Positions 53,901 through 64,000 of a stretch of 64,000 nucleotides of DNA are shown piece by piece. Under the pieces are notes generated by a model. That model was not told where the DNA came from and made no database searches. It saw nothing but the letters and a program-made list of their open reading frames with translations. Each line of letters begins with the position of its first letter. Within the stretch, counting starts at the first letter, position 1. The translations under genes and the position numbers were made by a program. This DNA comes from a virus (taxonomy: Duplodnaviria; Caudoviricetes): the IMG/VR virus record IMGVR_UViG_3300025450_001231, one strand, 5' to 3'.

Positions 53901-56627
53901 GCACTAACAGTTAATGCTAGCGCAACAACTGGCGGTACATTAAGTGCTGCAGGCGGATTGCAAAATACTATTATTGGTAATGGAACTGCGGCAGCAGCTA
54001 CTGTAACAACATTGATTGCAACTACAGAAAGTGTAAGTGGCAATTCTACTGTAAACGGTTTAACAGTTAATGCTAGCGCCACAGTTGGTACTACATTAGG
54101 TGTAACTGGTAATTTGATTGCTGGTAATATCAGTACTGCTGGTACTGCTGGTACTGGAAATATTACTGGTGTTAACACACTGTTTACAATTAATACACAA
54201 ATTACAGGAACTGAAACAGCAAATGTAATAACTGCTAACACATTAACTGTAACTGGATTTACTACATTAGCTAATGCAAATGTACAAAATGCAAATGTAA
54301 CAGGTACATTAACTACAAATGGTATTACAATTACTGGTGGATTACAAAATACTCCAGTAGGCAATGCTACTGCAAGTACTGGTACATTTACAACATTAAC
54401 AGGTACAAGTTTCAATACTAGCGGTAATGCAACAATCAACGCATTGAGTGTTAATAATACTGCTACAATTGGTAGTACATTAAGTGCAAGCAGCTTGGAA
54501 AATACACCAATTGGTACAATTACTCCTGCAACAGGTACATTCACAACATTGATTGGTACAACAGAAAGTATCAGTGGTAATGCAACAGTTAATGGCTTAA
54601 CAGTTAATACAAGTGCTACTACAGGCGGTACATTTAATGCAGCTGGTGGTGTACAAAACACCCCAATTGGTAATGGAACTGCAAGTACTGGTACATTTAC
54701 AACCTTAACTGGCACAAGTTTTAATACTAGCGGTAATGCTACTGTTAACGCATTGTTCAGTAATGGTGCAGTAACTGGAACAGGTGCAACATTTACTAGC
54801 GAAAGCGTAAGTGGTAACGCAACTGTTAACGGATTAACAGTTAACACTAGTGCAGTTGTTGGTACAACACTACGAGCAGTTGCTGGTATCCAAAATACAG
54901 TAATTGGTAACGTAACTGCAGCTGATGGTTATTTCAATAACTTGTACAGTACAAGCTTCACTGACAGCGGTAACGCAACAGTAAATGGCCTAACAGTTAA
55001 CACTAGTGCTACAATTACTGGTACATTGGGCGTAACAGGCAATGTATCTCTTGCTAACTTGAGTGTACTTGGTACATTCCAAGCACCAAGTATTAACTTG
55101 GCAGCTGGATTGCAAAATACCCCTGTTGGTAATGCTACACCAAGTACTGGTGCATTTACTAATTTGACATCTTACTCGTTCACTACAAATGGTAATGTTG
55201 TTTCTAACGGCAATATCACTACTAACGGATTAACAGTTAATGTTAATGCAACAGTTGGTGGAACATTAGGTGTAACAGGCAATTTGCAAGCTAGCATAAT
55301 CAATGCTAGCACTGGATTGTATACAAATGGTTACTTCTACGCTAACGGTACTCCATTGAACTTTAGTGCAGCTGGATCAACTTATGATGTTCAGTACAAT
55401 AACGGTGGTGCTTTAGCAGCAGATACTGGTAACTTCTACTATCAAAGCAGCACATTGTATGCTCCATCATTGAACTTAACTGGCGGCTTTAGTGCTTGCA
55501 CTGCTTCATCAATTACTGGAACATTGACAACATACAATAGTTTACCAGATATAGATGATACTTATACATTAGGTACAACTAATCAGGCTTGGGAAAATGT
55601 TTATACATATGGAATCAGTGCATCTGCAGATGGATTACAATTAGTTGTAAACCCAAGTCAGTTAGGCAACGATTTTATAGTTAACGGTAATGCTAAGGCA
55701 AACATTTTCTATGTAAATGCTAATGTAGGAACTGCAAGTTTTGGTACAAGCACACAAACTGCAAATGCGTTAGTAAGTTTCAACTCAACTAACAGTATTT
55801 TAGTTCCAACTGGTACAACTGCACAACGTCCAAGTATTGGTGCTAACGGTATGATCCGTTTTAATACTACAACGGCTTCTTTGGAGTTCTACGCAGATGG
55901 CGGTTGGCAGTCAGCTGGTTCACAATTTACTCCAGTTGTTGCTAACTTACAAACTGGTGACGGAACAACAACGGTATTTACATTGCCTGCTAATGCAACA
56001 ACATCTGGCACAATGGTAAGTATTAACGGTGTGTTACAAGAACCAAATAATGCATACTCTGTGTCTGGTAACCAGTTAACATTTACTGAAGCACCACAGT
56101 CAACAGACGTGATTGACTTCCGTATTGTAACAACTACACAAACAGTTGTTGCTACAAACGGGGCAACAACAGATGTAGCTGGTACAACTGGTGTATTTAC
56201 TGATGTAACAACAGGCGACCAAACAGTAACATTTAAGAATAATGGTACAACTACTGTTACTATTGATCCTAATGGTTACTTGGATCTGAAAGCCAATGGT
56301 ATTATCAGCAGTACTGCTAGCGTTACAGTAAGCAATACTGGTACTACAATTGATACTTGGAGCGGTACAACTTACAAAGCAGCAAAATACATTATTACAG
56401 CTAGAAATAGTGGTAGTACTGTTTGGACAGCTGCAGAATCTTTAGTTGTAACAGATGGAAGTAGCAACGCAACCATAACAACTTATGGTATTGTTAACGC
56501 TGGTAGCAACACACCGCAAATTACAATGAGTGTCTCAATTAGCGGAGGCAACGTAAGTGTAACAGCAACTGGTGCAACAAGCGGTACTGTAGTCAACTTT
56601 AGCAAGACTTATATCGTTGGTAGTTAA
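47949..56627 (+). CDS. giant repetitive tail fibre / beta-solenoid protein (2892 aa)
   Basis: Many copies of a ~45-50 aa unit [27 protein letters not shown]...G.FT.L; composition dominated by T/N/G/A/S/V. TAAATA at 47917-47922. Confidence 0.85.
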   Translation: MALTRPTLENINSNLVELTDSLITLNYANGSSAISRDQGIVFNRATQSNVALIWNESIGAFRTVYTTATGKEKGNISVTSNADFVFGNTTQSGASTIAGILTVTNSTLSSSTSSGAVVVSGGLGVAGNIYSGSLYTNNINLANGSPLSSNLRITGDATGQGFAYTGTASVPSTVNITLASTGVTAGSYGNSVSIPTFTVDAKGRLTSAGSVALVAYNDYAADTGTPANIALGGTLTIAGTANQISTSVAGNTITIALPNSITTPGDLFVTGNLAIAGNTTYVTAITVTTNDKTTHLANNTAQGASLTGAGLIVGQANAATFLYDDTTTSWQSNLNITPTANATLNLGGTSNYWSTGYFNAIQAPSITGVLQTAAQPNITSLGTITNLTVSGTVTASTVNAATIGNTGATLTGTLSTNAQPNITSVGTLTGLTLRGTLYGTSVQAQSFGNLGATFSGDTFSAVSGFQGPLNGTLGSAGGNTAIVSTLSATGNATVNSLSVNNSATITGTLGVTGNTTVANLSVTGILNAPSISLSGGLQNTPIGNAIPSTGNFTTLTANTESVSGNSTVNGLTVNTSAVVGTTLQAQGGLQNTVIGNVTPTTAYFTTAYAGTLNAAQIGNTGALLTGTLDSASGVQSNITTVGTLGNLTVTNTINANKVQASVIGNTGAALQGATVTASTAILGPVGVGGANVGFFTDINASGNVTAATIVSNGSVTGTSAQFTTINGSGNLTVDGLTVNTSAVIGTTLQAVAGIQNTPIGNVTASSGRFTTIAGSSTLNVGGTATVNALTSNGAVTGTTAQFTTVNGSANATVDGLSVNNSVTIGTTLGVSGATSLANVTAGNATVTGTLTTNGITITGGIQNTPIGNAIASTGTFTTLTGTSFNTSGNATINALSVNNTATIGSTLSASSLENTPIGTITPATGTFTTLIGTTESISGNAVVNGLTVNTSAVVGTTLQAVAGIQNTVIGNVQATSANFTVVNASGIINAGSGIRTTGNIIPTADLTYTLGNSTNRFKSLYVGGNTIYIGTANISLDNNGNVLINSGIGNQINLSNTGVSLTSFNTDISSGVLYGNLIGTYANVTNLYAQNGTFGVGVATGTLNANANATVNGLTVNNSGTFGTTLQAVAGIQNTVIGNVTAAAGYFTNLNATQAISGGTTLNIGGNATVNALAVNNSATVGATLQAVAGIQNTVIGNVTAADGYFNNLYSTSVNNSGNLIVNGLTVNTSAVIQDTLSAGSLENTPIGTVTPATGTFTDIVGSTESVSGNSTVNGLTVNTSATIGTTLGVTGNATVGNLITAGSSGTGNISGVNTIFAISANISGNTTTNQLTVNSNATIGGTLGVTGGNVNIASGYYLVGNIAGSISGAVSAAGNDTQVQYNNSGLIGANAGFRFTSSTATLNVNGSVVTDTVNAATIGNTGAALTGATLATSSTATVGDSLTVQANATINALSVNNTATIGSTLSASSIENTPIGTITPNTGAFTTVNASGTATVNVLHSNGAVTGTAITGSGNATVNALSVNNSTTVGGTLSATAGIQNTVIGNVTAAAGYFTNLNSTSLNDSGNATVDGLTVNTSAVIGTTLEVQGNIQAGNISANGLESSSTVSVLGVQNSTGVGTGALTVVGGASISKDLYVGGTLYVPNLASTNSTILSITDPLLYLTANTPYPYNYEIGIYSHYIGGTYADANANVYQHTGLVRDHADMTWYLFSNAAEPGGGLVDVTNPNVQLDSLHIGSLFSSAIYGSSTLDVQANATVNALTVNNSATMSTLGVSGTATMANATVTGTLTTNGITITGGIQNTPIGNATPNTGTFTTLIGTTESISGNATVNAMTVNTSATVGSTLNAAGGVQNTPIGNATPNTGTFTNIIGSTESISGNATVNALTVNTSATTGGTLSAAGGLQNTIIGNGTAAAATVTTLIATTESVSGNSTVNGLTVNTSATTGGTFNAAGGVQNTPIGNATPNTGLFTTLTSTGNTTVNALTVNASATTGGTLSAAGGLQNTIIGNGTAAAATVTTLIATTESVSGNSTVNGLTVNASATVGTTLGVTGNLIAGNISTAGTAGTGNITGVNTLFTINTQITGTETANVITANTLTVTGFTTLANANVQNANVTGTLTTNGITITGGLQNTPVGNATASTGTFTTLTGTSFNTSGNATINALSVNNTATIGSTLSASSLENTPIGTITPATGTFTTLIGTTESISGNATVNGLTVNTSATTGGTFNAAGGVQNTPIGNGTASTGTFTTLTGTSFNTSGNATVNALFSNGAVTGTGATFTSESVSGNATVNGLTVNTSAVVGTTLRAVAGIQNTVIGNVTAADGYFNNLYSTSFTDSGNATVNGLTVNTSATITGTLGVTGNVSLANLSVLGTFQAPSINLAAGLQNTPVGNATPSTGAFTNLTSYSFTTNGNVVSNGNITTNGLTVNVNATVGGTLGVTGNLQASIINASTGLYTNGYFYANGTPLNFSAAGSTYDVQYNNGGALAADTGNFYYQSSTLYAPSLNLTGGFSACTASSITGTLTTYNSLPDIDDTYTLGTTNQAWENVYTYGISASADGLQLVVNPSQLGNDFIVNGNAKANIFYVNANVGTASFGTSTQTANALVSFNSTNSILVPTGTTAQRPSIGANGMIRFNTTTASLEFYADGGWQSAGSQFTPVVANLQTGDGTTTVFTLPANATTSGTMVSINGVLQEPNNAYSVSGNQLTFTEAPQSTDVIDFRIVTTTQTVVATNGATTDVAGTTGVFTDVTTGDQTVTFKNNGTTTVTIDPNGYLDLKANGIISSTASVTVSNTGTTIDTWSGTTYKAAKYIITARNSGSTVWTAAESLVVTDGSSNATITTYGIVNAGSNTPQITMSVSISGGNVSVTATGATSGTVVNFSKTYIVGS
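50558..50761 (+). repeat. near-identical in-frame duplication, copy 1 (copy 2 at 54371-54574)
   Basis: About 204 nt at an offset of 3813 nt; the few differences are synonymous. Confidence 0.85.
53595..54062 (+). repeat. direct repeat of ~170 nt at a 297-nt (99 aa) period
   Basis: 53595-53765 versus 53892-54062, near identical. Confidence 0.8.
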
Positions 56628-56631
56628 ATAG

Positions 56632-56667
56632 TAAGTTAGCTCGAAAGAGCTAACTTATTTTGTTTTT
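56632..56667 (+). terminator. intrinsic terminator after the giant fibre gene
   Basis: TAAGTTAGCTC-GAAA-GAGCTAACTTA, 11-bp stem with a GNRA loop, then TTTTGTTTTT. Confidence 0.8.
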
Positions 56668-56681
56668 ACAAGGATTTAACT

Positions 56682-57176
56682 ATGCCAGAAAATTTAGAAC
56701 TGTACATCGAAGTGCGGGACGGTAAGCCTTTTAATCATCCAATGTTAGGTAGCAATTTTCGAGAATGCTTCCCAGACATTGATGTTAATAACTTGCCTCC
56801 TCAATATGCTCGATTTGTTAGAATTACTCAAGCTGAAGCAAATCTGACTCCGGGATTTTACGAAGTAGTCGACGGGATATATGCGTGGAACGGTAATGCG
56901 TATACTGACGTTTGGTCTATACGTCCAATGACGCAAGAAGAAAAAGCAGAAAAAGTTGCCGAAGGAACAAGGGAATTGTTGGATTATGTCGAGCAATTAA
57001 CTGCGGCCGTTACTTCAGTTGCATCAGACGATGCTACTACACCGGAAGTAAAAACTATTTGCCAAAATTATCTAGTTCAATTGGCAAATTTTACATTTAC
57101 TGATCCAGACCCTAGGGTAACACAGATACCTCCTATACCTCCAGAAATTTTTCCCGAGCCTGATCCTAAAGAATAA
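56682..57176 (+). CDS. probable tail fibre assembly chaperone-like protein (164 aa)
   Basis: Small acidic protein directly after the fibre gene; YARFVR...YTDVWSIRPMT.EEK resembles Tfa-type proteins. Confidence 0.55.
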   Translation: MPENLELYIEVRDGKPFNHPMLGSNFRECFPDIDVNNLPPQYARFVRITQAEANLTPGFYEVVDGIYAWNGNAYTDVWSIRPMTQEEKAEKVAEGTRELLDYVEQLTAAVTSVASDDATTPEVKTICQNYLVQLANFTFTDPDPRVTQIPPIPPEIFPEPDPKE

Positions 57177-57220
57177 TTAACCATTCGATTAGTTTTTCCT
57201 ATATCGATAAATACTAAACT

Positions 57221-60200
57221 ATGGCTAATTCGTATCTTTTTGCACAGACTGGCTTTGATGCTGGCAACATATCCATTAACTCCAATGCGAGTTCGCTAAC
57301 TGGAGCCAGTTTAATAAGTTCATTATCTTTTAATGGTAATGAGTTTCGGGGAGATACTTTTTACGGAAACGTCAATGCAACTGCATTACTTGCCAATAGC
57401 ACAGTAAATGCAACTTCATTGGACTCTGGAGCATTTCGATCTCTTGGTGGCGCAAGTATTAACAAAGACTTGTATGTCGGTGGCACTTCTGTATTTGGCG
57501 TTGTTTCTGACAATTATATCAAAGTTTTAGGTGCTTCTAGTGGATCGTATCCTGCACTTTTAGCAGGCGGTATAGATAGCAATGTAGGATTAATTATTGG
57601 TGCAGGCGGAACAGGAAATATTCTGTTTAACGGACTAACCAGTACAACACCTGGAATTGCAACCAACTTCAAAATTTTAATGCCTGTTGATTCAGGATAT
57701 TCGAATTACATAACAGTTGCAGGTGCAACCCCAGGTAGCAATCCGATTATAAGTGCTGACGGTGTCGATGCTGATATCAGCATATATATTACACCAAAAA
57801 GATATGGCGATGTTGTTGTATCCAGCAATATTACTGCTAACGGATTTTTTTATAGTAATGGTATAAGTGTTTCCCAACAAGGACCGCAAGGACCGCAAGG
57901 ACAAACTGGTTCACAAGGTCCGCAAGGACCGCAAGGACAAACCGGAGTTAGTGTAACACTCTTAGGTACTGTAACAGATTATACATTTCTTCCAAATACT
58001 GGAAATACATTAGATAATGGATACATTACTGCAAATACAGGTAATGTTTGGTTCTGGGGTGCAGATAACACATGGCACGATGCCGGAAAAATAGTAGGTC
58101 CAACTGGACCGCAAGGAGTGCAAGGACCGACTGGCCCAACAGGCGCACAAGGACCACAAGGACAACAGGGCAATACTGGAGTACAAGGACCGCAAGGCCC
58201 AACCGGAGTACAAGGACCAACTGGTTTACAAGGTCCTACTGGAGTACAGGGTGTACAAGGACCAACAGGGGTACAAGGACCGCAAGGTCCAACTGGAGTA
58301 CAGGGCCCGCAAGGCCCGATTGGTGTACAAGGTCCACAAGGACCAACAGGACACACTGGTGCTCAAGGACCGCAAGGCGTACAAGGGCCACAAGGACCTA
58401 GCGGAGTTAGTAATGTGCCAGGTCCACAAGGACCACAAGGGCCAATTGGTGATATTGGTGTACAAGGACCCACTGGAGCACAAGGACCGCAAGGACCACA
58501 AGGCGATACTGGACCACAAGGACCATCTGGGGCACAAGGACCGCAAGGACTCACTGGCGTACAGGGACCACAAGGACCACAGGGAAGTTTAGGACTACCT
58601 GGACCACAAGGACCACAAGGTGTTCAAGGAAATGATGGAGCCACCGGAGCACAAGGACCACAAGGCCCTCAGGGACAAACAGGTGCAGATGGTGTTCAAG
58701 GGCCACAAGGACCATCTGGATCGCAAGGACCACAAGGACCAAGCGGAGCACAAGGACCACAAGGACCGACAGGTATATTTTCTGGTAATACAACAGAAAG
58801 AATTGTAACTACTAATACTTCTCCAGCAATTAGCGCCGGAACTGGTGCATTGCAAGTAAGCGGCGGAGCAGGAATTTCAGGAGATTTGTATGTTGGCGGA
58901 AACTTATTTGTTAATAGTTTAAGTACTATTAGTACAACAGTATTAAGTGTACAAGATCCGTTGCTATACTTGAACGGTAATGTAACGTATCCTTATAATT
59001 ACGACATTGGATTCTACAGTCACTTTACCGGTGGTACTGGTAATATCTACCAATACACTGGATTAGTTAGAAACTATGCAGATAACAATTGGTATTTGTT
59101 TAGTAATGCAGCTGAACCAGGCGGCGGATTATTTAATTTAACTGATACTAATATAGCATTAGATAATTTGTATCTTGGAGAAATTAACACCAGTGGTAAT
59201 TCTACCATTAATGGTTTAACTGTCAACACTTCGGCAACAGTAGGCAATACACTAGGTGTTTCTGGCAATATTATTTCTGCTGGTATTGTAACTGACAACT
59301 ATTATTATGCCAATGGTGCTCCGTTATCTTTTGGGTCCGGCGGACTTGCAACAGATCTATTATTAGGAACACCTACATTAGGAAATTTGGTTAGCAATGC
59401 ACTAACATTGACTGCAAATACCAGTATAACCAATAGTATTGCTGAACTGAATTATATATTAGGAAAATTAGTACCGGCCAGCCCACCAACATTCCCTGGC
59501 GGCCAAACTTTATCTACACCATCTGGTTTAGTTGGTCCATTTAGAATGGCCAATTTCACACAAACTGATAACACAAATTCTGGTAACAAGAGTGTAGCAG
59601 CCGGCACTACAGTTAGTGTTGCCCGAACTGCATCTTATACTACTGGGTCTATAACAAATGTTGGACCTGGCAATAGCGGTAATGTTATTGCTTATATTAA
59701 TGGTGCTCCGGCAGGATCAGTGGCATTGACTGGTAGTAGCAACGGAACATATAGTAATTTGGTAATTTTTAATAATCAGGATTATCATAATGTTGTCAGC
59801 ACAGTTACTGCTGGATTCTGGTCATCATTCAGTACATATATGACAGGCACAGTTCATCCAGGCTGGAATGAAGTTAATATTAGAGACTCTGCAGTATCTG
59901 CAAATACTTCCGTTCCTTATTGGTATTATGATAATAATACAGTAACTGGGCCAGTGTTTAGCAATACTGCAATAAGTTTAACAACAAACACAGTAATTTA
60001 TTCAAGTACTATTCCTCACTTTACCAATGCAGCACAATTTACATTAACTGGTAATGTAGCAAAACTCAGTGGAGATACGTTCCCGTCGAGTAATACATTT
60101 ATCACAGGCACTAGTGCAACTGGTTGGCAAACTCCGTCAAGTGTTACTTACAGTTCAGCGACTGGTATAACTTATCCTCTAGCCCGCAATTTATATGTAA

Positions 60201-60988
60201 GTTCGGGTAGTGCTCATTTTAGTACTACTGTAAATATCAGTACAGGATTTAGCTCGACTACTAGTTATCCTAGTTTAGTTGCAGATAATAGTTATGCAAC
60301 AACCAGTGCTGGATTCAATCCCAATGTTACTATTTTATACAAAACAGGTACATCAAGCAATATGGAAGAAACCAGCGTTACTATTGGTAGTACAATTGGT
60401 ACAGGTTCAGGAGCAGCTGTTAGAATTGTAAATCCTGGCAGTACAGATACACCTGCATATACTGGAACTGAATCAGCATTTAATAGTCAAACTGGTCCAT
60501 TATATCCTTACGATGCTACCATAGTTGCTGGAGTATTGAAAAACGATCAAACAAATTACAGTACAGGGTATTTGCCAGTAGGACCAGATTTTAGTAGCGG
60601 AAGAAACAACAACCAGTATTTTACTTTTAAGTTTTCTCGTTCGTCAGTTAGTAAATTTAATATTGCCTGGACCGGCACAATTGCTGGTTTATGGGTAGCA
60701 TTACCTGGAAGCGGAATAGATACAAGTAGTACACTAAACGGTTGGTTAGATTTAAGTATTCCCTATGCTGGATCAGGTCAGCCAGGTGCTGGATCAGGCG
60801 GCAACGGTAGTAACGGTGCTTCTTTGGGAGGAAATGCTCCTTTGAATACCAGCGTTAACGCATCAGTGACTGCAACTTTTGGTACTGCAAGTTCTAGCAC
60901 GACTTCATCACACGAAATATATGTAAGAATTAAACTTACAGCAGGGCAAACTGTATCTGCCCTTTCTTTACAGACAGCGAGTAACTAA
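57221..60988 (+). CDS. collagen-like fibre protein whose C-terminal domain is paralogous to that of 36356-41470 (1255 aa)
   Basis: GXY tracts 57880-58770; C-terminal YLPVGP...QYF.F...G.IAGL..A.PG..ID..NGWLD. TAAATA at 57208-57213. Confidence 0.85.
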   Translation: MANSYLFAQTGFDAGNISINSNASSLTGASLISSLSFNGNEFRGDTFYGNVNATALLANSTVNATSLDSGAFRSLGGASINKDLYVGGTSVFGVVSDNYIKVLGASSGSYPALLAGGIDSNVGLIIGAGGTGNILFNGLTSTTPGIATNFKILMPVDSGYSNYITVAGATPGSNPIISADGVDADISIYITPKRYGDVVVSSNITANGFFYSNGISVSQQGPQGPQGQTGSQGPQGPQGQTGVSVTLLGTVTDYTFLPNTGNTLDNGYITANTGNVWFWGADNTWHDAGKIVGPTGPQGVQGPTGPTGAQGPQGQQGNTGVQGPQGPTGVQGPTGLQGPTGVQGVQGPTGVQGPQGPTGVQGPQGPIGVQGPQGPTGHTGAQGPQGVQGPQGPSGVSNVPGPQGPQGPIGDIGVQGPTGAQGPQGPQGDTGPQGPSGAQGPQGLTGVQGPQGPQGSLGLPGPQGPQGVQGNDGATGAQGPQGPQGQTGADGVQGPQGPSGSQGPQGPSGAQGPQGPTGIFSGNTTERIVTTNTSPAISAGTGALQVSGGAGISGDLYVGGNLFVNSLSTISTTVLSVQDPLLYLNGNVTYPYNYDIGFYSHFTGGTGNIYQYTGLVRNYADNNWYLFSNAAEPGGGLFNLTDTNIALDNLYLGEINTSGNSTINGLTVNTSATVGNTLGVSGNIISAGIVTDNYYYANGAPLSFGSGGLATDLLLGTPTLGNLVSNALTLTANTSITNSIAELNYILGKLVPASPPTFPGGQTLSTPSGLVGPFRMANFTQTDNTNSGNKSVAAGTTVSVARTASYTTGSITNVGPGNSGNVIAYINGAPAGSVALTGSSNGTYSNLVIFNNQDYHNVVSTVTAGFWSSFSTYMTGTVHPGWNEVNIRDSAVSANTSVPYWYYDNNTVTGPVFSNTAISLTTNTVIYSSTIPHFTNAAQFTLTGNVAKLSGDTFPSSNTFITGTSATGWQTPSSVTYSSATGITYPLARNLYVSSGSAHFSTTVNISTGFSSTTSYPSLVADNSYATTSAGFNPNVTILYKTGTSSNMEETSVTIGSTIGTGSGAAVRIVNPGSTDTPAYTGTESAFNSQTGPLYPYDATIVAGVLKNDQTNYSTGYLPVGPDFSSGRNNNQYFTFKFSRSSVSKFNIAWTGTIAGLWVALPGSGIDTSSTLNGWLDLSIPYAGSGQPGAGSGGNGSNGASLGGNAPLNTSVNASVTATFGTASSSTTSSHEIYVRIKLTAGQTVSALSLQTASN

Positions 60989-60990
60989 TA

Positions 60991-63900
60991 ATGGCAATTT
61001 CTGATTCACAAAAGGTTGACTTACTATATAAAAAATTATTTGGAGTAACCAAAACCGATACTGCATCTGATAAAGCAGCCAGTAATGAAAGTGTTGCCAG
61101 TCCAGCATTTTTGCGTGGGGATACAATTTGGGTTAACAGTGACCAAATACCAGCTACTGCTGCAGATGTAGCAGGCATAGTTCAATCTTATACCGGTACC
61201 AATGCCGTACAAACAACACCTGATACTACCACAGTTCCTGTGAACGGAGTATATCCAACTTGGAAAACAGGAATCTCTAATTGGATCCCACCAGAGTTTG
61301 GTAGTTCTTATTTTGTACAAGTATATGCAGCTCCACCAAATACTCCTAACCCAACTACATCAGGAACTCAATTATACGCTGCAGGCGAAGGCGGAGCAAA
61401 CCCAGGTGAATGGTATTTTGACACAGTCAGCGGAGTATTAAATTTTATTGGGCAAACAATACCGACTGCATTAAATTCAAGCAATGTTATATATATCACC
61501 GGTTATCAGTATATAGGCGGTGTAGGTATTGCAAATGCTGGTAGCTCTACTTCTTCGTATACCAATTCAAATGTTGCTGCATACTTGAGCAGTAACAATA
61601 ATGTAATTATATCTACTACTGGTAATATTTCCACAACTAAAAATATCAATACCAATAGTAATATTATTGCGGGAAATATCACAGTTAACAGCAATATTTC
61701 TACTGGAAATATTACAGTTGCTAACAATGTTACTACCAAAAATATTATTAACAGTGGTAATATTATTAGCGGCAATATTACTTCGAATAGTACTATTACT
61801 GCAACTGGCGATATCACTACAAACGCCAATGTTACTGCTGGAAATGTTATTGCAGTTAACAGTTTTAGCGGAAATTCCATTTTTGCATCAAACTATTTTT
61901 ATAGCAACGGCACAAGTATAATTGCAAGTGGTCCACAAGGACTTCAAGGTCCCCAAGGTCCTAGTGGAGTACAAGGACCCCAAGGTACTCAAGGCCCTCG
62001 AGGTTTACAAGGACCCAGTGGTCCACAAGGTCCTAGTGGAGTACAAGGACCAACTGGAGTACAAGGTCCACAAGGCCCGCAAGGACCAACAGGCATACAA
62101 GGACCAACTGGAGTACAAGGACCACAAGGTGTGCAAGGACCAACAGGCATACAAGGACCAACTGGACTACAAGGACCAACTGGAGTACAAGGACCAACTG
62201 GAGTACAAGGACCACAAGGTGTGCAAGGACCAACAGGCATACAAGGACCAACTGGACTACAAGGTCCTAGCGGAGCACAAGGACCGCAAGGCGTGCAAGG
62301 ACCAACAGGCATACAAGGACCAACTGGACTACAAGGACCAACTGGAGTACAAGGACCGAGCGGAGTACAAGGGCCAACAGGCATACAAGGACCAACTGGA
62401 CTACAAGGTCCAACAGGGCTACAAGGTCCTAGTGGAGTTCAAGGACCAACTGGCATACAAGGGCCAACAGGGCTACAAGGTCCTAGCGGAGTACAAGGAC
62501 CAACTGGTGCGCAAGGACCACAAGGTCCTAGCGGAGCGCAAGGACCACAGGGACCTAGTGGAAGTAATGGCACACCTGGTACACAAGGACCACAAGGACC
62601 ACAGGGACCTAGTGGAAGTAATGGCACACCTGGTACACAAGGACCACAAGGACCGACTGGTAATCAAGGTCCAACAGGACCACAAGGACCTAGTGGATTA
62701 AACGGACCACAAGGGCCTTCGGGCCCAACTGGTGTATTTTCTGGAACTACTACCCAACAGATTATAACAACAAACACAACTCCGTCAACTAATACTACTA
62801 CTGGGGCATTACAGGTAATTGGAGGCGCGGGCATTGGCGGCAATTTATATGTAGGTGGTACGGCATTTGTCAATGTCAACGCAAGTACTATTAGTGTTAA
62901 TAGTATTACCAATGCTAGCTCTATATCTTCTTCCGCATTTTGGGGAGGAACATTTTACGGAAATGTTATTGCAACTACATTAAGTGCTAATAGTACAGTT
63001 AATTCTACTGGTTTAGGTACTGGTGCAATAACCACATTAGGTGGTGCAAGTGTTCAGCAAGATTTATATGTTGGCGGTACCATTTATGCCAACACACTCA
63101 CTACTGTTAACAAAACTATATTATCAGTTACTGATCCGTTATTATATTTGACATCAAGTAATGTATATCCTTACAATTATGATGTTGGTTTTTATAGTCA
63201 TTTTGTAGGAGGCACAACTGCCAATGCCAATGCAAATATATATCAGCATACTGGTTTAATTAGAAATTATGTAGACAATAGTTGGTATTTGTTTAGCAAT
63301 GCTACTGAACCTGGTGGTGGGTTAGTTGATTTAGCTAATGCAAATTTAATATTAGATACCTTACATCTAAACGGTATTGTTGGTAGTGGAAATTCTACTA
63401 TAAACGGATTAACAGTTAACAGTAGTGCTACTATTGGGACTACCTTAGGTGTAGGCGGAAATATCAGCGCAGCAAATGTAGTTGTACTAAACGGAAATGT
63501 TATTGCTAATGCGTTTTTCTATTCTAATGGATTACAAGCAGTTGGTCCTCAAGGACCACAGGGTGCACAAGGTCCACAAGGCCCGATTGGTGTACAAGGG
63601 CCTACAGGCGTACAAGGACCAACTGGCCCACAAGGTCCTAGCGGAGCACAAGGACCGCAAGGCGTGCAAGGGCCACAAGGTATTACTGGTAATACCGGAG
63701 CACAAGGCCCAACTGGTGTACAAGGACCACAAGGTATTACTGGTAATACCGGAGCACAAGGCCCAACTGGTGTACAAGGACCACAAGGACCACAAGGACC
63801 ACAGGGTATTACTGGTAATACCGGAGCACAAGGCCCAACTGGTGTACAAGGACCACAAGGACCACAGGGTATTACTGGTAATACCGGAGCACAAGGCCCA

Positions 63901-63999
63901 ACTGGTGTACAAGGACCACAAGGACCACAAGGACCACAGGGTATTACTGGCGCAGTAGGACCAACTGGCCCACAAGGAACTACCGGACCACAAGGACCT
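60991..63999 (+). CDS. collagen-like fibre protein, 3'-truncated by the window edge (>=1003 aa; begins [18 protein letters not shown])
   Basis: Missing from the ORF track because it has no stop in the window. ATG follows TAATA; frame checked at 61921 and 63961 (GPQ repeats in frame). N-terminus paralogous to 41470-45417. Confidence 0.85.
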   Translation, partial: MAISDSQKVDLLYKKLFGVTKTDTASDKAASNESVASPAFLRGDTIWVNSDQIPATAADVAGIVQSYTGTNAVQTTPDTTTVPVNGVYPTWKTGISNWIPPEFGSSYFVQVYAAPPNTPNPTTSGTQLYAAGEGGANPGEWYFDTVSGVLNFIGQTIPTALNSSNVIYITGYQYIGGVGIANAGSSTSSYTNSNVAAYLSSNNNVIISTTGNISTTKNINTNSNIIAGNITVNSNISTGNITVANNVTTKNIINSGNIISGNITSNSTITATGDITTNANVTAGNVIAVNSFSGNSIFASNYFYSNGTSIIASGPQGLQGPQGPSGVQGPQGTQGPRGLQGPSGPQGPSGVQGPTGVQGPQGPQGPTGIQGPTGVQGPQGVQGPTGIQGPTGLQGPTGVQGPTGVQGPQGVQGPTGIQGPTGLQGPSGAQGPQGVQGPTGIQGPTGLQGPTGVQGPSGVQGPTGIQGPTGLQGPTGLQGPSGVQGPTGIQGPTGLQGPSGVQGPTGAQGPQGPSGAQGPQGPSGSNGTPGTQGPQGPQGPSGSNGTPGTQGPQGPTGNQGPTGPQGPSGLNGPQGPSGPTGVFSGTTTQQIITTNTTPSTNTTTGALQVIGGAGIGGNLYVGGTAFVNVNASTISVNSITNASSISSSAFWGGTFYGNVIATTLSANSTVNSTGLGTGAITTLGGASVQQDLYVGGTIYANTLTTVNKTILSVTDPLLYLTSSNVYPYNYDVGFYSHFVGGTTANANANIYQHTGLIRNYVDNSWYLFSNATEPGGGLVDLANANLILDTLHLNGIVGSGNSTINGLTVNSSATIGTTLGVGGNISAANVVVLNGNVIANAFFYSNGLQAVGPQGPQGAQGPQGPIGVQGPTGVQGPTGPQGPSGAQGPQGVQGPQGITGNTGAQGPTGVQGPQGITGNTGAQGPTGVQGPQGPQGPQGITGNTGAQGPTGVQGPQGPQGITGNTGAQGPTGVQGPQGPQGPQGITGAVGPTGPQGTTGPQGP
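63679..63951 (+). repeat. 54-nt perfect repeat ([18 protein letters not shown]), four copies plus a partial, separated by 0-2 extra GPQ units
   Basis: Copies start at 63679, 63733, 63805, 63868 and 63940. Confidence 0.9.
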
Positions 64000-64000
64000 C

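Noticed and set aside
50558-54574. Diversity-generating retroelement template/variable repeat pair
   Set aside because: Differences are synonymous and not restricted to adenines, both copies are mid-gene, and no reverse transcriptase is in the window.
53183-54847. 554-aa minus-strand ORF and similar V/L/P/A-rich antisense ORFs inside fibre genes
   Set aside because: Antisense shadows of the biased repeat codons of the 2892-aa and related genes, which rarely create stops on the opposite strand.
30065-63993. Dozens of short ORFs in alternative frames and on the minus strand ([24 protein letters not shown] proteins)
   Set aside because: They are shadows of the GGA-CCA-CAA collagen codon repeats; they overlap long genuine genes and have no SD or promoter.
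1-64000. Stop-codon reassignment as seen in some large phages
   Set aside because: Core genes are full length under code 11, and TAA, TGA (portal) and TAG (46135) all terminate genes at sensible places.

Overview
AT-rich (roughly 38-40% GC by eye), densely coding segment of a large T4-superfamily-like myovirus genome using the standard genetic code. From left to right it holds: a minus-strand baseplate cluster (large partial wedge protein, gp6, gp25, gp5 with a lysozyme-like domain, hub, LysM/gp53-like and gp48/54-like proteins); a plus-strand gp55 late sigma / gp47 / gp46 / GIY-YIG / small ORF operon followed by a ~480-nt non-coding region packed with hairpins; a minus-strand gp26-like gene pair joined by a canonical -1 slippery site; tape measure, portal, scaffolds, protease and major capsid; then about 34 kb of giant collagen-like, beta-solenoid and lectin-bearing fibre/appendage genes. 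Late genes are preceded by a TAAATA motif. The best candidate for an undescribed system is the ornate plus-strand RNA-like element at 17982-18462, directly downstream of a minimal GIY-YIG nuclease. Other leads are the probable -1 frameshift chaperone, an ATT start codon on the late sigma factor, and a twice-repeated C-terminal/N-terminal gene-pair module among the fibre genes. All family assignments come from motif recognition by eye; no database search or folding program was run.
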